Shown in pieces: positions 27,891 to 41,880 of a stretch of DNA of 64,000 nt. The notes beneath the pieces are model-generated. The model did not search any database. It saw only the letters and a list, made by a program, of their open reading frames with translations, and was not told the DNA's origin. Both the position numbers and the translations under genes were made by a program. The DNA is from Silanimonas sp. Lineage in GTDB: Bacteria; Pseudomonadota; Gammaproteobacteria; Xanthomonadales; Xanthomonadaceae. Within the stretch, counting starts at the first letter, position 1. Every line of letters begins with the position of its first letter. The stretch is from assembly GCF_044377035.1 (NCBI RefSeq), contig NZ_JBILJW010000002.1:66380-130379 (forward strand). Direction: 5' to 3'.

Positions 27891-29138
27891 TCAGAGATAG
27901 CGGCGCGGCGGCACCAGCAGGTTGCCGAACAGCAAGCCCGCGACGAGGGCGATCAGGGCGCTCAACACCGCCACGGCGGTGTCGAGCCCCAGCACCACGT
28001 CACGCTCCATCACGAAGTTCAGGCTGCGGAAACCCACGCTGCCCGGCACCAGCAGGATGATGCCGGACACCCGCAGCAGCGCCCCCGGCCGGCGGAAGAT
28101 CCGCCCGAAGGCGTTCGAGACCATGGCCACGCCGAGCCCCGCGAGGAACACGCCACCGGCGAACGCTTCCGACGACAGGCCCGGAATCTGGCCGCCGAGG
28201 CGCGTGAGCCCGTAGCCGATCCACGCCCCGGCCATCACCACGAGGAAATCCCGGCGCGCTGCGCCGAACAGCACGGCGAAGGCCGCCGAACCGACGAGCA
28301 GGCCCACCCATTCGGCCCAGGCCGGGAGCTGGGGCGCGCTGATCAACTGCGGTTGCCATCCGAGGGCATGCGCCGCCTGCGTGGCGACGATGGTGCCGAA
28401 GGTCAGTTTCAGCAGGGCCACTGTGGCCCCGGCGAAACGCGCGGTGCCCGAGGCCCAGTTCTGGCTGCTGAGCTCGGCCACCGCGGTGGTGAGCATGAGG
28501 CCGGGCATCAGCACGATCAGCGAGGCGATGACGACCGTCTGCAACGACAGCGGGGTGAGGAAGGCGGCGATCGCCGAGGCCGTCAGGGTGGCGAGCAGTG
28601 CGGCGATGGCATCAGAGGCCTCGTGCAGTCGCGGGCGGCTCGACGAGGCCACGCAAAGCAGGCCGATCATCAGCCCGATCACCGCGGACGCCGCGACATC
28701 CGCCCAACTGGTGCGCAGCAGGGCCGCGACCGAGCCCGAGGCCAAACCGAACGCCAGCACGGTGATCGCCAACTTCTCCCGCCCCATCGGCCGGTCGAGC
28801 GCCGTGAGCGCCTGCAGGCCTTCGTCCACCTCCATGCGGCCGTCGGTCACGCGTTCGGCGATGTCGTCCACCATCGCCAGCGCCTTGAGGTTGATGTCGC
28901 CCGGGGCCAAGCGCAGCACGCGGGTGATCTCGGCGCCATCGTTCTTCTGCGGGCTCGAGAAGGACAGGATGATGCCGGTCGGGTTGCACCAGATCTCGGT
29001 GCGCACACCGAGGCGCTTCGACACCGTCAGCACCGCGCCTTCAAGGCGGTCGGTCGACATGCCGCAGGCGTGCAGGCGGCGCGCCAGGTCGATGATGAAG
29101 TTGCAGCGCTGGCGGAACGGGCTGGTGGCGGCACTCAT
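27891..29138 (-). CDS. Threonine/serine exporter family protein (ThrE; YjjP/YjjB-like fusion)
   Basis: NFIIDLARRLHACGMSTDRLEGAVLTVSKRLG followed by about 10 TM segments. Start at ATG 29138 (MSAATSPF) inside track ORF 27891..29432. Confidence 0.8.
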   Translation of the reverse strand: MSAATSPFRQRCNFIIDLARRLHACGMSTDRLEGAVLTVSKRLGVRTEIWCNPTGIILSFSSPQKNDGAEITRVLRLAPGDINLKALAMVDDIAERVTDGRMEVDEGLQALTALDRPMGREKLAITVLAFGLASGSVAALLRTSWADVAASAVIGLMIGLLCVASSSRPRLHEASDAIAALLATLTASAIAAFLTPLSLQTVVIASLIVLMPGLMLTTAVAELSSQNWASGTARFAGATVALLKLTFGTIVATQAAHALGWQPQLISAPQLPAWAEWVGLLVGSAAFAVLFGAARRDFLVVMAGAWIGYGLTRLGGQIPGLSSEAFAGGVFLAGLGVAMVSNAFGRIFRRPGALLRVSGIILLVPGSVGFRSLNFVMERDVVLGLDTAVAVLSALIALVAGLLFGNLLVPPRRYL

Positions 29139-29178
29139 GGCGCGAAAGCATGGCAGAAAGCCGTGCCCATCAACGACA

Positions 29179-30072
29179 ATGTCGCGCATGGGCCTCGGTG
29201 AACTGCTTTCCTTGCTGTCCGCGGCCGTCTGGGCCGTGGGCGTGATCCTGTACCGCCAGCTCGGCGCGACGCTGCCGCCGCTGCAGTTGAACCTGCTGAA
29301 GAACAGCCTGGTCCTCGGCATGGTGCTGGTGAGCCTGCCGCTGCTGCACGGCTTCGCCTTGCCCGATTTCAGCGCAACCCAGCTGGGGCTGGCCCTGCTG
29401 AGCGGCTTCATCGGCATCGCCATTGCCGACACCCTCTACTTCCGCGCCCTCAACCAGCTCGGCGCCGGACGCATGGGCGTGCTGGGCAACTTCTACAGCC
29501 CGGCGGTGATCCTGCTCAGCGTGGTCTTCCTCGACGAGCGCCTGAGCCTCGTGCAGATGGTCGGCTTCGGCCTCGTCAGCCTCGGTGTGTATCTGGTCGC
29601 CGAGCGACGCCCCGACGATGCGGGCGGCGGCCGGGCCCTGCTCAAGGGATTGGCGATCGGCTTCTGCGCCATCCTGCTGATGGCCGTGGCCATCGTCCTC
29701 GTGAAGCGCACGCTCGAAGCCCAGCCGCTGATGTGGGTGACCGCGGTGCGCATGACCGGCGCCGTGGTCGGCCTCTGGGTGCTGGCTCTCGTGTTCCGCC
29801 GTCGGCTCGGGCCGGCGTTGCCGCCGCTCGCTGGCGTGCCGTGGCGGAAACTGCTGGTCGCGGCCTTCGTCGGGCAGTTCCTTTCGATGGTCTTCTGGCT
29901 CGGCGGCTACAAGTTCACCTCGGCCTCGGTGGCGGCTATCCTCAACGAGAGCGCGTCGGTCTTCATCCTGCTGCTGGCTTGGGCCTGGCTGAAGGAACCT
30001 CTGAGCCGTCGCGCGCTCGCCGGCGTGGCGCTCACGGTCGCCGGCGTGAGTTGCATGCTGCTGCCCGCCTGA
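29179..30072 (+). CDS. EamA/DMT superfamily transporter
   Basis: 10-TM pattern with duplicated EamA halves (LSAAVWAVGVILYRQLG ...; FVGQFLSMVFWLGGYKFTSASVAAILNE). ATG at 29179 or 29188, divergent from the ThrE-family gene with only ~40 nt between starts. Confidence 0.8.
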   Translation: MSRMGLGELLSLLSAAVWAVGVILYRQLGATLPPLQLNLLKNSLVLGMVLVSLPLLHGFALPDFSATQLGLALLSGFIGIAIADTLYFRALNQLGAGRMGVLGNFYSPAVILLSVVFLDERLSLVQMVGFGLVSLGVYLVAERRPDDAGGGRALLKGLAIGFCAILLMAVAIVLVKRTLEAQPLMWVTAVRMTGAVVGLWVLALVFRRRLGPALPPLAGVPWRKLLVAAFVGQFLSMVFWLGGYKFTSASVAAILNESASVFILLLAWAWLKEPLSRRALAGVALTVAGVSCMLLPA

Positions 30073-30081
30073 AGGAGCCGA

Positions 30082-31197
30082 ATGGCCGAGACGCCGCACC
30101 TGCGCGAAGACCCCGATCAGCCCGGGTGCTGGCGTGCCGGCGGCGATTGGACGCTGGCGCATGCGGCCCGTCTGGAGGCCCTGCCTGCACCTCGCGGCGG
30201 CCCCGAAACCGCGCTGATCGACGCCCGCGGCATCGGCCAGATGGATGCCAGCGGCGCGATGCTGCTTTGGCGGCTCTCGCGCGACGCGGGGCTTGACGGC
30301 GGGGACGCGCTGCGACTCCGCGAAGAGCACGCCCCGCTGTTCTCCGCGGTGCAAGGCATCTGCCTGAACCCACCACGCGCCGTGGTCAAGGACTACGGCG
30401 TTCGCGCCATGCTCTCGCGCATCGGCGCGACGGTGGAGGACTACACCCGTGAGGTGATCGCGCTGGTCGCCTTTGGCGGCGAAGCGCTGTTGACGGCGCT
30501 GCGCATCGGCTGGAACCCGCGGCGATGGCGCATCACCTCGACGATCGCCCACATGGAGTCGGTCGGGCTGGATGCCGTGCCACTGGTGCTGCTGCTCAGC
30601 TTCATGGTCGGCGCCGTCGTGGCCTTCCTCGGCGCCGAGGTGCTGGCGGAGTTCGGTGCCGAGATCTACGTCGTCGAACTGATCGGCATCAGCTTCCTCC
30701 GCGAGTTCGGCGTGCTGCTTACCGCCGTGCTGCTCGCCGGCCGGACGGCCAGCGCCTTCACTGCCCAGATCGGCGCGATGCAATCGGGCGAGGAAATCGA
30801 CGCCATCCGCACCCTCGGTCTCGACCCGATGGAACTGCTGGTCTTGCCGCGCGTCGTCGCGCTTGTGCTGATGCTGCCGCTGCTCACCTTCCTCGCCATG
30901 ATGGCGGGCATCGCCGGCGGCGTGACCATCGGAACGACGATGCTCGGCATCTCGCCGGAGATGTTCATCGCCCGGCTGCACGAAACCATCGAAGTCCGGC
31001 ATTTCTTCACCGGCATGGCGAAGGCCCCGGTGTTCGCCCTAGTCATCGGCCTGATCGGCTGCCTCGAAGGCATGCAGGTGCAGGGCACCGCGCAGTCGGT
31101 GGGCGAACGCACGACCTCCAGCGTCGTGCAGACGATCTCGCTGGTCATCGTCATCGATGCCTTCGCCGCGCTGTGGTTCATGGAGATGGGCTGGTGA
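30082..31197 (+). CDS. MlaE-family ABC transporter permease with N-terminal STAS-like extension
   Basis: C-terminal FLREFGVLLTAVLLAGRTASAFTAQIGAMQSGEEIDAIRTLGLDP is the MlaE signature region. A ~110-aa N-terminal soluble extension is present. Confidence 0.85.
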   Translation: MAETPHLREDPDQPGCWRAGGDWTLAHAARLEALPAPRGGPETALIDARGIGQMDASGAMLLWRLSRDAGLDGGDALRLREEHAPLFSAVQGICLNPPRAVVKDYGVRAMLSRIGATVEDYTREVIALVAFGGEALLTALRIGWNPRRWRITSTIAHMESVGLDAVPLVLLLSFMVGAVVAFLGAEVLAEFGAEIYVVELIGISFLREFGVLLTAVLLAGRTASAFTAQIGAMQSGEEIDAIRTLGLDPMELLVLPRVVALVLMLPLLTFLAMMAGIAGGVTIGTTMLGISPEMFIARLHETIEVRHFFTGMAKAPVFALVIGLIGCLEGMQVQGTAQSVGERTTSSVVQTISLVIVIDAFAALWFMEMGW

Positions 31198-32000
31198 GCG
31201 CCGCCAAGGTCCCTGTGAAGCCCCGCCCCTGCGATTTCTCCACGCCGGCGATCGAAGTGCGCGGCCTCGTGAACGCCTTCGGCTCGCAGGTCGTGCACGA
31301 CGGCGTCGACCTGACGGTGAACCGTGGCGAGATCGTCGGGGTGGTCGGCGGTTCGGGTTCGGGCAAGTCGGTACTGATGCGCGCCATCCTCGGTCTGCGG
31401 CGCCCACAAGCCGGCTCGGTGCGGGTGTTCGGCATCGACGCGCTGGCCGACGACGAGGCCAGCCGACTGGCCATCGAGACGCAGACCGGCGTGCTGTTCC
31501 AGGGCGGCGCGCTGTTCTCCTCGCTGAGCGTGCTCGAGAACATCATGGTGCCGCTCAAGGAGCACCACGAACTCTCCGACGACCTGATGCACGCGCTGTG
31601 CTGGATGAAGATGCGCCTCGCCGGCCTACCCTCCTCGGCGGCCGAGAAGCTCCCCGCCCAGCTCTCCGGCGGCATGAAGAAGCGCGCGGGCTTGGCACGA
31701 GCGCTCGCCCTCGACCCGCCCCTGCTCTTCCTCGACGAACCCACCGCCGGCCTCGATCCCATCGGCGCCGCCGCCTTCGACGACCTCATCCTCAACCTCA
31801 AGCGCTCGCTGGGCTTGACGGTGTTCCTCATCACCCACGATCTCGACACGCTGTACGCCATCTGCGACCGCGTGGCCGTGCTGGCCGACCGCAAGGTCGT
31901 CGCCTGTGCGCCGATCGCCGAGATCGAACGCTTCGAGCACCCTTGGGTGCAGGAGTACTTCCACGGACCGCGCGGCCGCGCCGCGCGACGCGAGGCCTGA
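31194..32000 (+). CDS. ABC transporter ATP-binding protein (MlaF-like)
   Basis: Walker A GGSGSGKS, signature LSGGMKKRAGLARAL, Walker B LLFLDEPTAGLD. GTG start overlaps the permease stop (GTGA). Confidence 0.85.
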   Translation: MSAAKVPVKPRPCDFSTPAIEVRGLVNAFGSQVVHDGVDLTVNRGEIVGVVGGSGSGKSVLMRAILGLRRPQAGSVRVFGIDALADDEASRLAIETQTGVLFQGGALFSSLSVLENIMVPLKEHHELSDDLMHALCWMKMRLAGLPSSAAEKLPAQLSGGMKKRAGLARALALDPPLLFLDEPTAGLDPIGAAAFDDLILNLKRSLGLTVFLITHDLDTLYAICDRVAVLADRKVVACAPIAEIERFEHPWVQEYFHGPRGRAARREA

Positions 32001-32003
32001 ACC

Positions 32004-32963
32004 ATGGAAACCAAAGCCCACCACGTGTTGATCGGCGCCTTCACCCTCGCGGTGGCGGTGCTGGCGATGCTGTTCGCCCTCTGGGCGGCGAAAACCGTCT
32101 CCGACCGCCAATGGGACGAGTACGAAGTCGTCTTCACCGAAGCCGTCACTGGCCTCACGCGCGGCGGCGTGGTGCAGTACAACGGCATCGCCGTGGGTGA
32201 CGTCACCGAACTGAAACTCGACGCCGCCGACCCGAGCAAGGTGGTCGCCCGCATCCGCGTCGGCGCCGGCACGCCGGTAAAGACCGACACGACGGCGAAG
32301 CTCGCCTTCGTCGGCCTGACGGGCCTGGTGCAGATCCAGCTCAGCGGCGGCAGCCCGCAGAGCCCGATGCTCAAGGACGCTCGCGAGGGCGAGGACGGCC
32401 TGCCGCGGATCGCCGCTCAGGAGTCGGCCTTCGCGAAGCTGCTGAACTCTTCCGAAGACATCACCACGACCGCCAGCGACGTGCTGATCCGCATCAACCG
32501 CATGCTCAACGACGAAACCGTCGAGAACGTCTCGAAGACGATGGCCAACCTCGAGCAGGTGACCGGCACGCTCGCAGCCGAGCGTGGCGAGATCGCCCAG
32601 CTTCTGCGCGATGCGCGCTCATCGGCGGAGCGCCTCGACCGCGTGCTGGCCACTGCGGAATCCACGATGGGTGGGCTCGACCGCAGCGTGGCCGCGCTGG
32701 ACAAGGACCTGCCGCAGATCCTCGCCAAGCTCGACCGCACGCTGACCGAGTTCGAGGCGCTGTCGGGCAATGCGAATGCCTTGGTCGCCGAGAACCGCGG
32801 GGCCGTGCAGCAGTTCAGCCGGGACGGCCTCACCCAGGTCGGCCCCACGCTCGCGGAACTGCGCAGCGTGCTGCGCCAGTTGAACCGCGCCGCCGCCAAG
32901 ATCGAAGAACGCCCGTCCAGCCTCGTGCTGGGCAGCTCCACGCCTGAGGAGTTCACGCCGTGA
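32004..32963 (+). CDS. MlaD/MCE-domain substrate-binding protein
   Basis: N-terminal TM (VLIGAFTLAVAVLAMLFALWAA), MCE fold (GLTRGGVVQYNGIAVGDV), long C-terminal helical region. Confidence 0.85.
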   Translation: METKAHHVLIGAFTLAVAVLAMLFALWAAKTVSDRQWDEYEVVFTEAVTGLTRGGVVQYNGIAVGDVTELKLDAADPSKVVARIRVGAGTPVKTDTTAKLAFVGLTGLVQIQLSGGSPQSPMLKDAREGEDGLPRIAAQESAFAKLLNSSEDITTTASDVLIRINRMLNDETVENVSKTMANLEQVTGTLAAERGEIAQLLRDARSSAERLDRVLATAESTMGGLDRSVAALDKDLPQILAKLDRTLTEFEALSGNANALVAENRGAVQQFSRDGLTQVGPTLAELRSVLRQLNRAAAKIEERPSSLVLGSSTPEEFTP

Positions 32964-33571
32964 GCCTGCGCCGAACCGCCCTGCCCCTCGTCCTCGCCGC
33001 CTCGCTCTCGGGCTGCCTCTCGCTCGGCGACAAGGCCGAGCTCGTCGTTTACGCACCGCAGGTGTCGGTGACCGCGGACGAGGCCTGGCCGAAGGTCGAC
33101 CGCACGCTGGCCATCAGCGAACCGAATGCCAGCGCCCTGCTCGACAGCAACCGCATCGCCGTGCGGCCAAAGCCGGCGACGCTGCAGGTCTACAGCGGCG
33201 CGATCTGGGCCGACAGCGCACCGGATCTCGTGCAATCGGCGCTGGTGGGAGCCTTCGCCGAGCACGGCCGCTTCCAGGCCGTCGTGCGCCCAACGGACGG
33301 CCTGGGCGCCGACCTGCTGCTGCGCCTCGACCTTCGCCACTTCGAAGCGGTGTATGCCGAGGACGCGAAAACGCCCACCGTTGTCGTCGAACTGCAGGCG
33401 ACGCTGGTGGACCAACGCACGCATCGCGTGATCGGCAGCCGCCGTTTCCGCGGGGAGCAGTCCACCGAGCGCGAGAAGCTGCCGTCGGTGGTGCCTGCGT
33501 TCGAAGCCGCCCTGGGTGAGGTGGCCACGGCGATGATGCCGTGGGTCCTCGAGACCGCGAAGGACGACTGA
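32960..33571 (+). CDS. ABC-transport auxiliary lipoprotein (PqiC/DUF330-like)
   Basis: Lipobox LAASLSGC. GTG start overlaps the MlaD-like stop. Usual fourth gene of this MCE operon type. Confidence 0.75.
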   Translation: MSLRRTALPLVLAASLSGCLSLGDKAELVVYAPQVSVTADEAWPKVDRTLAISEPNASALLDSNRIAVRPKPATLQVYSGAIWADSAPDLVQSALVGAFAEHGRFQAVVRPTDGLGADLLLRLDLRHFEAVYAEDAKTPTVVVELQATLVDQRTHRVIGSRRFRGEQSTEREKLPSVVPAFEAALGEVATAMMPWVLETAKDD

Positions 33572-33589
33572 GCCCGCGTACCGCGGGCT
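33571..33589. terminator. Hairpin between the convergent lipoprotein gene and giant gene B
   Basis: AGCCCGCGtaCCGCGGGCT in a 25-nt convergent gap. No clear T-tract. Confidence 0.4.
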
Positions 33590-33596
33590 GGCGCCT

Positions 33597-35339
33597 TCAG
33601 TTCCCCGCGCAGCCTTGCAGGGTGCCGAGCGGCGTCACCGCGTCGTTCGCCGCCCACGTGCCCGCCACGCCGGCCGTGTAGGTGCCGGTGAGCTGGATGC
33701 GCTGCAGCGTGCCGCTGCCCACCGTTCGCGTCAGCGTCCCCACCGAGTTGCGCACCGGGTTGCCCGTGCGCGTGCACAGCGGGCAGGCACCGGTGTTCTG
33801 GTCGAGGCTCATCGACTGCGTCGCCGTGCCAATGCCACTCCGCTCCGCGATGAGGTACCGCGGCACGCCCTGCGCGTCGTAACCGAACACCGTGTAGAAC
33901 TCGTAGTTCGGGAACAGCTGCACGCTGTAGCCCGAACCTGCCCGTGCCGGATCGAACCAGTGGCCGCTGGCGTTCAAGGGCGCACCCGCGAACGTCGGAC
34001 AACCGCCGCCGAAGTTCTCGTAGGCCTCGCTGCCGGTCTCGCCGTCCAGCGTGTAGCTGAAGGTGAAGGCACTCGTCGAACGCGGCGTCACCGTCGCCTC
34101 GCCCACGGGGGTGAGGAAGTTGCTGCTGCCGTTCCACGCACTTCGGTAGATCGTGCCGCGCCAGATGCCGGTAGCACCCGGTGCTGGAGCCTGCAGGTAG
34201 TACCAGGTCGGCGTGCCGTCCTGCAGGTAGGTGTACCAGAGCCCGGCCCACTCGCTGCCCGCGGGGTAGAGGAACAAGCCGTTGCCCGAGCGCTGCGGGT
34301 TGTAGAACCCGCCGGGGCGCAGTTGAAGGCCGGTGCCGGTCAGCGTGGCGCGCACCGTCAGGTCGGCCGTGGTGCCGGCGGCGTTCACCGGCGTCACGTA
34401 CCAGCGCCCCGCGGCGGGGTTGTTGACCGTGAGCGATTCATTACCCGAGGGCGTCACGGAACTCGCGCTCGCGAGATTGCGCGCCGGCGCGCTCGGCACG
34501 CTCGGCGTGGCGCTGCTTGCCGCGGGCGTGTCGATGCGCGCGAGATACAGGTCAACGTTCGTCGCGCTGGTCGTGGTTGCATCGAGTCGCGTCGTGCCCG
34601 GCGGCACGTCGATATAGAGGCCCTCGTTCGCCGCCGAGTCGGCCAAGGCCATCGCGTGGTCGATGCCGCTCTGCAGGGCAAAGGGCACCGCCGCACCGGC
34701 GCCACGCTCGATCCGTACCGGCACCCAGCCCAGCGACGTGTTCGCGTCCGACTTCACTTCCAGCCAGCCGCCGCGCACCTGCCCGGGCGCCATCGTGGCG
34801 TCGTTCCAAATCAGACGCATCGCGAACTCCGCATTGGCCGCCACAGCACCGGGGCCCGTGGCAACGAGCTGACGCTGGGCTAGCGGACGGTCCACCGGCA
34901 CCTCGAACAGCTCGGCACGCGCATTCTGCGCGCCGCTCCGCGAATGCAGTAGCACCCAATAGCGTGACGGCGTGTTCGCCGCCTGCGACACAGCAAGCTC
35001 GCAGCGCTCCGACACAGCAGACATCGCCGAAGAGCAAGCAACTTCATTGCTGTCAGCCTGGCCGTTGTTGTTCGCATCGAGTCCGAGGTACACGTCCACG
35101 TCCCCGCCCGAGAGCGAGATGGCATCGACGAACACCCGCCACGTGCGGGCGGAGGGTCCCGCGGCGAAGGTGCGCAGGGTCGTCGACGTGCCACCGGCGT
35201 CAAACGGAGTTTCCGGCGTCGTGTCGGCCGTCAGCGATGGCGACACCAGCGCTGGCGCCACCAGACCGTGGGCGTCGAACCGCGCGCTTGGGAGCGCAGA
35301 AATCCCCGAAAGCTCGATGTCATGCAGACCACGATCGCG
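33597..35339 (-). repeat. Shared C-terminal cassette, copy B (~580 aa; tandem novel module = 33597..34319)
   Basis: Colinear with copies A, C and D. Ends ...TPLGTLQGCAGN. Confidence 0.8.
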
Positions 35340-37691
35340 CGCCGCTATTGGGGCGACCATCGACTCCGCAACCGGGCGTCGCAGGATCTGGACTTCGGCC
35401 TCGCTGCAGCGACCACCGAAGTCGCAAAGGCGGTAACGAAGGCTGTCTTCACGCACGGGCGACGTCGGCGAATAGCTGATGCGATCGTCTGATGCGTCAC
35501 CGGACAACTCGCCAGCAGAAATGCTTGCCGAACCATTTACTGGAGCGCGGACAATGGAGAGAGCGCCTCCGAGGAGACTCCCGGGGTTGAATTCGTCATT
35601 GTCGAGTGACGGGAGTATCGCCTGTGTCGTGCCAACCATCAGGACAAAGCGATCGTTGCGAGCGGCCAACGACGGAACACCATTTCCGTCGTCGTTGAGG
35701 ATACGAATCAGCCCCTCCGCATCCGCGAGTCGCGCATTTGTCGGGGCCGATGCGATCACGTGGAACTGCTCGTCGATCTCTTCCAGCGTGTCGCCATAAA
35801 CGACAAAGTCGAAGGACCCACGCGACTCTCCCTGAGGGATGACGACGGTCACCGAAGAAGCGTCGTAGTCTTCGCCAGCCGTTGCCGAGCCATTGATGGC
35901 CCGCATCGATACGGATACTCCACCCGGTGGTGCGGGTTGGGAGAGATCGACAGCAACGCCCATGCGGGATAGCGTCACGTCGCCCTCGCGCACGCTGGCA
36001 TTTCCAACGCTAAGCCATACAACTCCTGGCGGCCCTACTTGCACGTTCCACGTCCGCCGATGCACGAGGTCCGTTCCCGCCATCGCTGCTCGCACCAGCG
36101 CCGTCGTGTCGGTGGCGCGCAATTCCACCTGCCGCGTCGCCGGGCCACCCGTGCCGGGCTGGAAGGTGAACGTGGTGCCATTCGCGCCGCTGACGGCCAC
36201 GCCGTCGACGTACCACTGCAGGCTCACCGAATCCGGCTGCGGGCGCAGCACGCTCGCGGAGAACACCTGCGATCCGCCGGCCGCCACGTTGACGGTCGTT
36301 GCACTGGAGGGGCTCTCGCTGCCCGGCTCGATCAGGTCGATACCGGCCGATGGCGTCCCCCAACCTCCGCGATACAGCCGCAGCACGTACTCCTGCGAGC
36401 ACACGGAACAGAACTGCCCGCCGAGGCTGCGCATGGCGCAGTTGTTCGCGGGGCGGTGCATGCCGGTGGTCTGGTAACGCGCGCCGACGAACAGGCCGAC
36501 GCCCGCCGTGCCGGCTGGCGTGGGAATCGCGTTGCCCGGCGTGATCCACGACGCCCACTTGATGCTTCCAGCGACGGTCTGGTCGGTGACGTTCGCTTCG
36601 CAGGCGCGCGTGCCGCTGATATCGCTGCAGGCCGGAAAGCCGGGATAAGCGGTGGTGTACTCATCGGCCAGGCGATGGAAGGTGTGGCCGTACTCGTGCA
36701 CGACGATCAGCCGCGCACTGGTGTTGGTGGTGGTGACGGAGATGCTGCCGCCGGCGCCGCCGTACACCGGGTCGTTCACCAGCACGATGATCTCATCCCA
36801 GTTCGGGCTGGCACTCGCCGCCGCCAGCACCTTGCTGTTGTTGACCGTGACCAAGCGGTGGATCTGGCTGGTGCAGAAGCGGCCGTCGAACGCGGTGTTG
36901 ACGAAGGTGTTGGCACGCGGGTCGGTCTGCGCGGCCGTTTCGGCGCAGCAGCTCGTCGTGGTGCAGCCCGCTTGGTAAGGCGGGTGGTCGGCGCCGCTCT
37001 GCGCCGATGCGGTGAACAGCGAAGTCCAGTTCACGAAGCTGGCGTACTCGCGGTAGGGCGAGAAGCCGAACATCGCCACGCGCATGTTCTCGACGTCGGT
37101 GGCGAAAGTCGCCGCTTCGGCGGCGGTGTAGCCGTCGCCCATCACCAGCACGTCCACGCGATTCGATGACGGACCACTGGCGGTACCGCGCCCGTCACCC
37201 GACGCGCTCTGGGCGTCGGCCTCGGGAATTGCGGGAATCGGCAACAAGGCCGCTTCGCGCTCCACGACGGCGAGATCCAGCGTCGTTTCGCGGCCGAGGT
37301 TGGACAACGTGAGTTCGCCATCGACACCGGCCGGAACGCGGACCACGAACGCGCGCTCCACATCGGGGGCGACACGGCTTTCGATGGCGCCATCGACGCC
37401 GTTGGCGGCGAACTCCCCTCGGACGAAGCGGGGCACGTCGACGACCGTGCGCCAGCCCTCGGCCTCAACGACGAGTTGATCGGGGTTGGCGCGAGCCAGG
37501 GCCAACGCACCGGCACTTGCCACGGCGCGATCGCCGTCGAGGGCCACGCGACGGTGGAAGACCGGCTCGGGCCGGCCGTCGGCATCGAGCCGCACGACGA
37601 GGTAGTGCCCCGCGAGGTCCTCCCGGACCGGCAGCGCCGCGGTCGGCGCCGCCACGAGCGCCGCGGCGATCGCCGGGGCGCTCCACCGCAT
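33597..37691 (-). CDS. Giant secreted protein B (~1364 aa): M64 (IgA-peptidase-like) zinc metallopeptidase, Calx-beta, cadherin-like, shared C-terminal cassette
   Basis: Start at MRWSAPAIAAALVAAPTAALP (track start 37775). M64 pattern VDVLVMGDGYTAAE ... VNDPVYGGAGG ... HEYGHTFHRLADEY (HEYGH at 36684..36698). Calx-beta-like: INGSATAGEDYDASSVTVVIPQGESRGSFDFVVYGDTLEEIDEQF. Confidence 0.85.
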   Translation of the reverse strand: MRWSAPAIAAALVAAPTAALPVREDLAGHYLVVRLDADGRPEPVFHRRVALDGDRAVASAGALALARANPDQLVVEAEGWRTVVDVPRFVRGEFAANGVDGAIESRVAPDVERAFVVRVPAGVDGELTLSNLGRETTLDLAVVEREAALLPIPAIPEADAQSASGDGRGTASGPSSNRVDVLVMGDGYTAAEAATFATDVENMRVAMFGFSPYREYASFVNWTSLFTASAQSGADHPPYQAGCTTTSCCAETAAQTDPRANTFVNTAFDGRFCTSQIHRLVTVNNSKVLAAASASPNWDEIIVLVNDPVYGGAGGSISVTTTNTSARLIVVHEYGHTFHRLADEYTTAYPGFPACSDISGTRACEANVTDQTVAGSIKWASWITPGNAIPTPAGTAGVGLFVGARYQTTGMHRPANNCAMRSLGGQFCSVCSQEYVLRLYRGGWGTPSAGIDLIEPGSESPSSATTVNVAAGGSQVFSASVLRPQPDSVSLQWYVDGVAVSGANGTTFTFQPGTGGPATRQVELRATDTTALVRAAMAGTDLVHRRTWNVQVGPPGVVWLSVGNASVREGDVTLSRMGVAVDLSQPAPPGGVSVSMRAINGSATAGEDYDASSVTVVIPQGESRGSFDFVVYGDTLEEIDEQFHVIASAPTNARLADAEGLIRILNDDGNGVPSLAARNDRFVLMVGTTQAILPSLDNDEFNPGSLLGGALSIVRAPVNGSASISAGELSGDASDDRISYSPTSPVREDSLRYRLCDFGGRCSEAEVQILRRPVAESMVAPIAARDRGLHDIELSGISALPSARFDAHGLVAPALVSPSLTADTTPETPFDAGGTSTTLRTFAAGPSARTWRVFVDAISLSGGDVDVYLGLDANNNGQADSNEVACSSAMSAVSERCELAVSQAANTPSRYWVLLHSRSGAQNARAELFEVPVDRPLAQRQLVATGPGAVAANAEFAMRLIWNDATMAPGQVRGGWLEVKSDANTSLGWVPVRIERGAGAAVPFALQSGIDHAMALADSAANEGLYIDVPPGTTRLDATTTSATNVDLYLARIDTPAASSATPSVPSAPARNLASASSVTPSGNESLTVNNPAAGRWYVTPVNAAGTTADLTVRATLTGTGLQLRPGGFYNPQRSGNGLFLYPAGSEWAGLWYTYLQDGTPTWYYLQAPAPGATGIWRGTIYRSAWNGSSNFLTPVGEATVTPRSTSAFTFSYTLDGETGSEAYENFGGGCPTFAGAPLNASGHWFDPARAGSGYSVQLFPNYEFYTVFGYDAQGVPRYLIAERSGIGTATQSMSLDQNTGACPLCTRTGNPVRNSVGTLTRTVGSGTLQRIQLTGTYTAGVAGTWAANDAVTPLGTLQGCAGN

Positions 37692-37717
37692 CCAGCGCGT
37701 CCATGCGCCGCCGCCGA

Positions 37718-41797
<4,080 letters not shown>

Positions 41798-41880
41798 CAC
41801 GGGGGCGGCATCCTTCGGAGTCCCCCCGATGGTAGCGAAGCCCGCTCTCCGTCTTGTCAACGAATCACAGCGTCCGTCAC

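Noticed and set aside
30082-33571. The MCE/Mla-like transporter as a dedicated export system for the adjacent giant proteins.
   Set aside because: The four-gene set (STAS-MlaE, MlaF, MlaD, PqiC-like lipoprotein) is a standard lipid-trafficking operon type. It is convergent with the giant genes and separated from them by a hairpin. Giant gene A and the esterase have no such neighbour.
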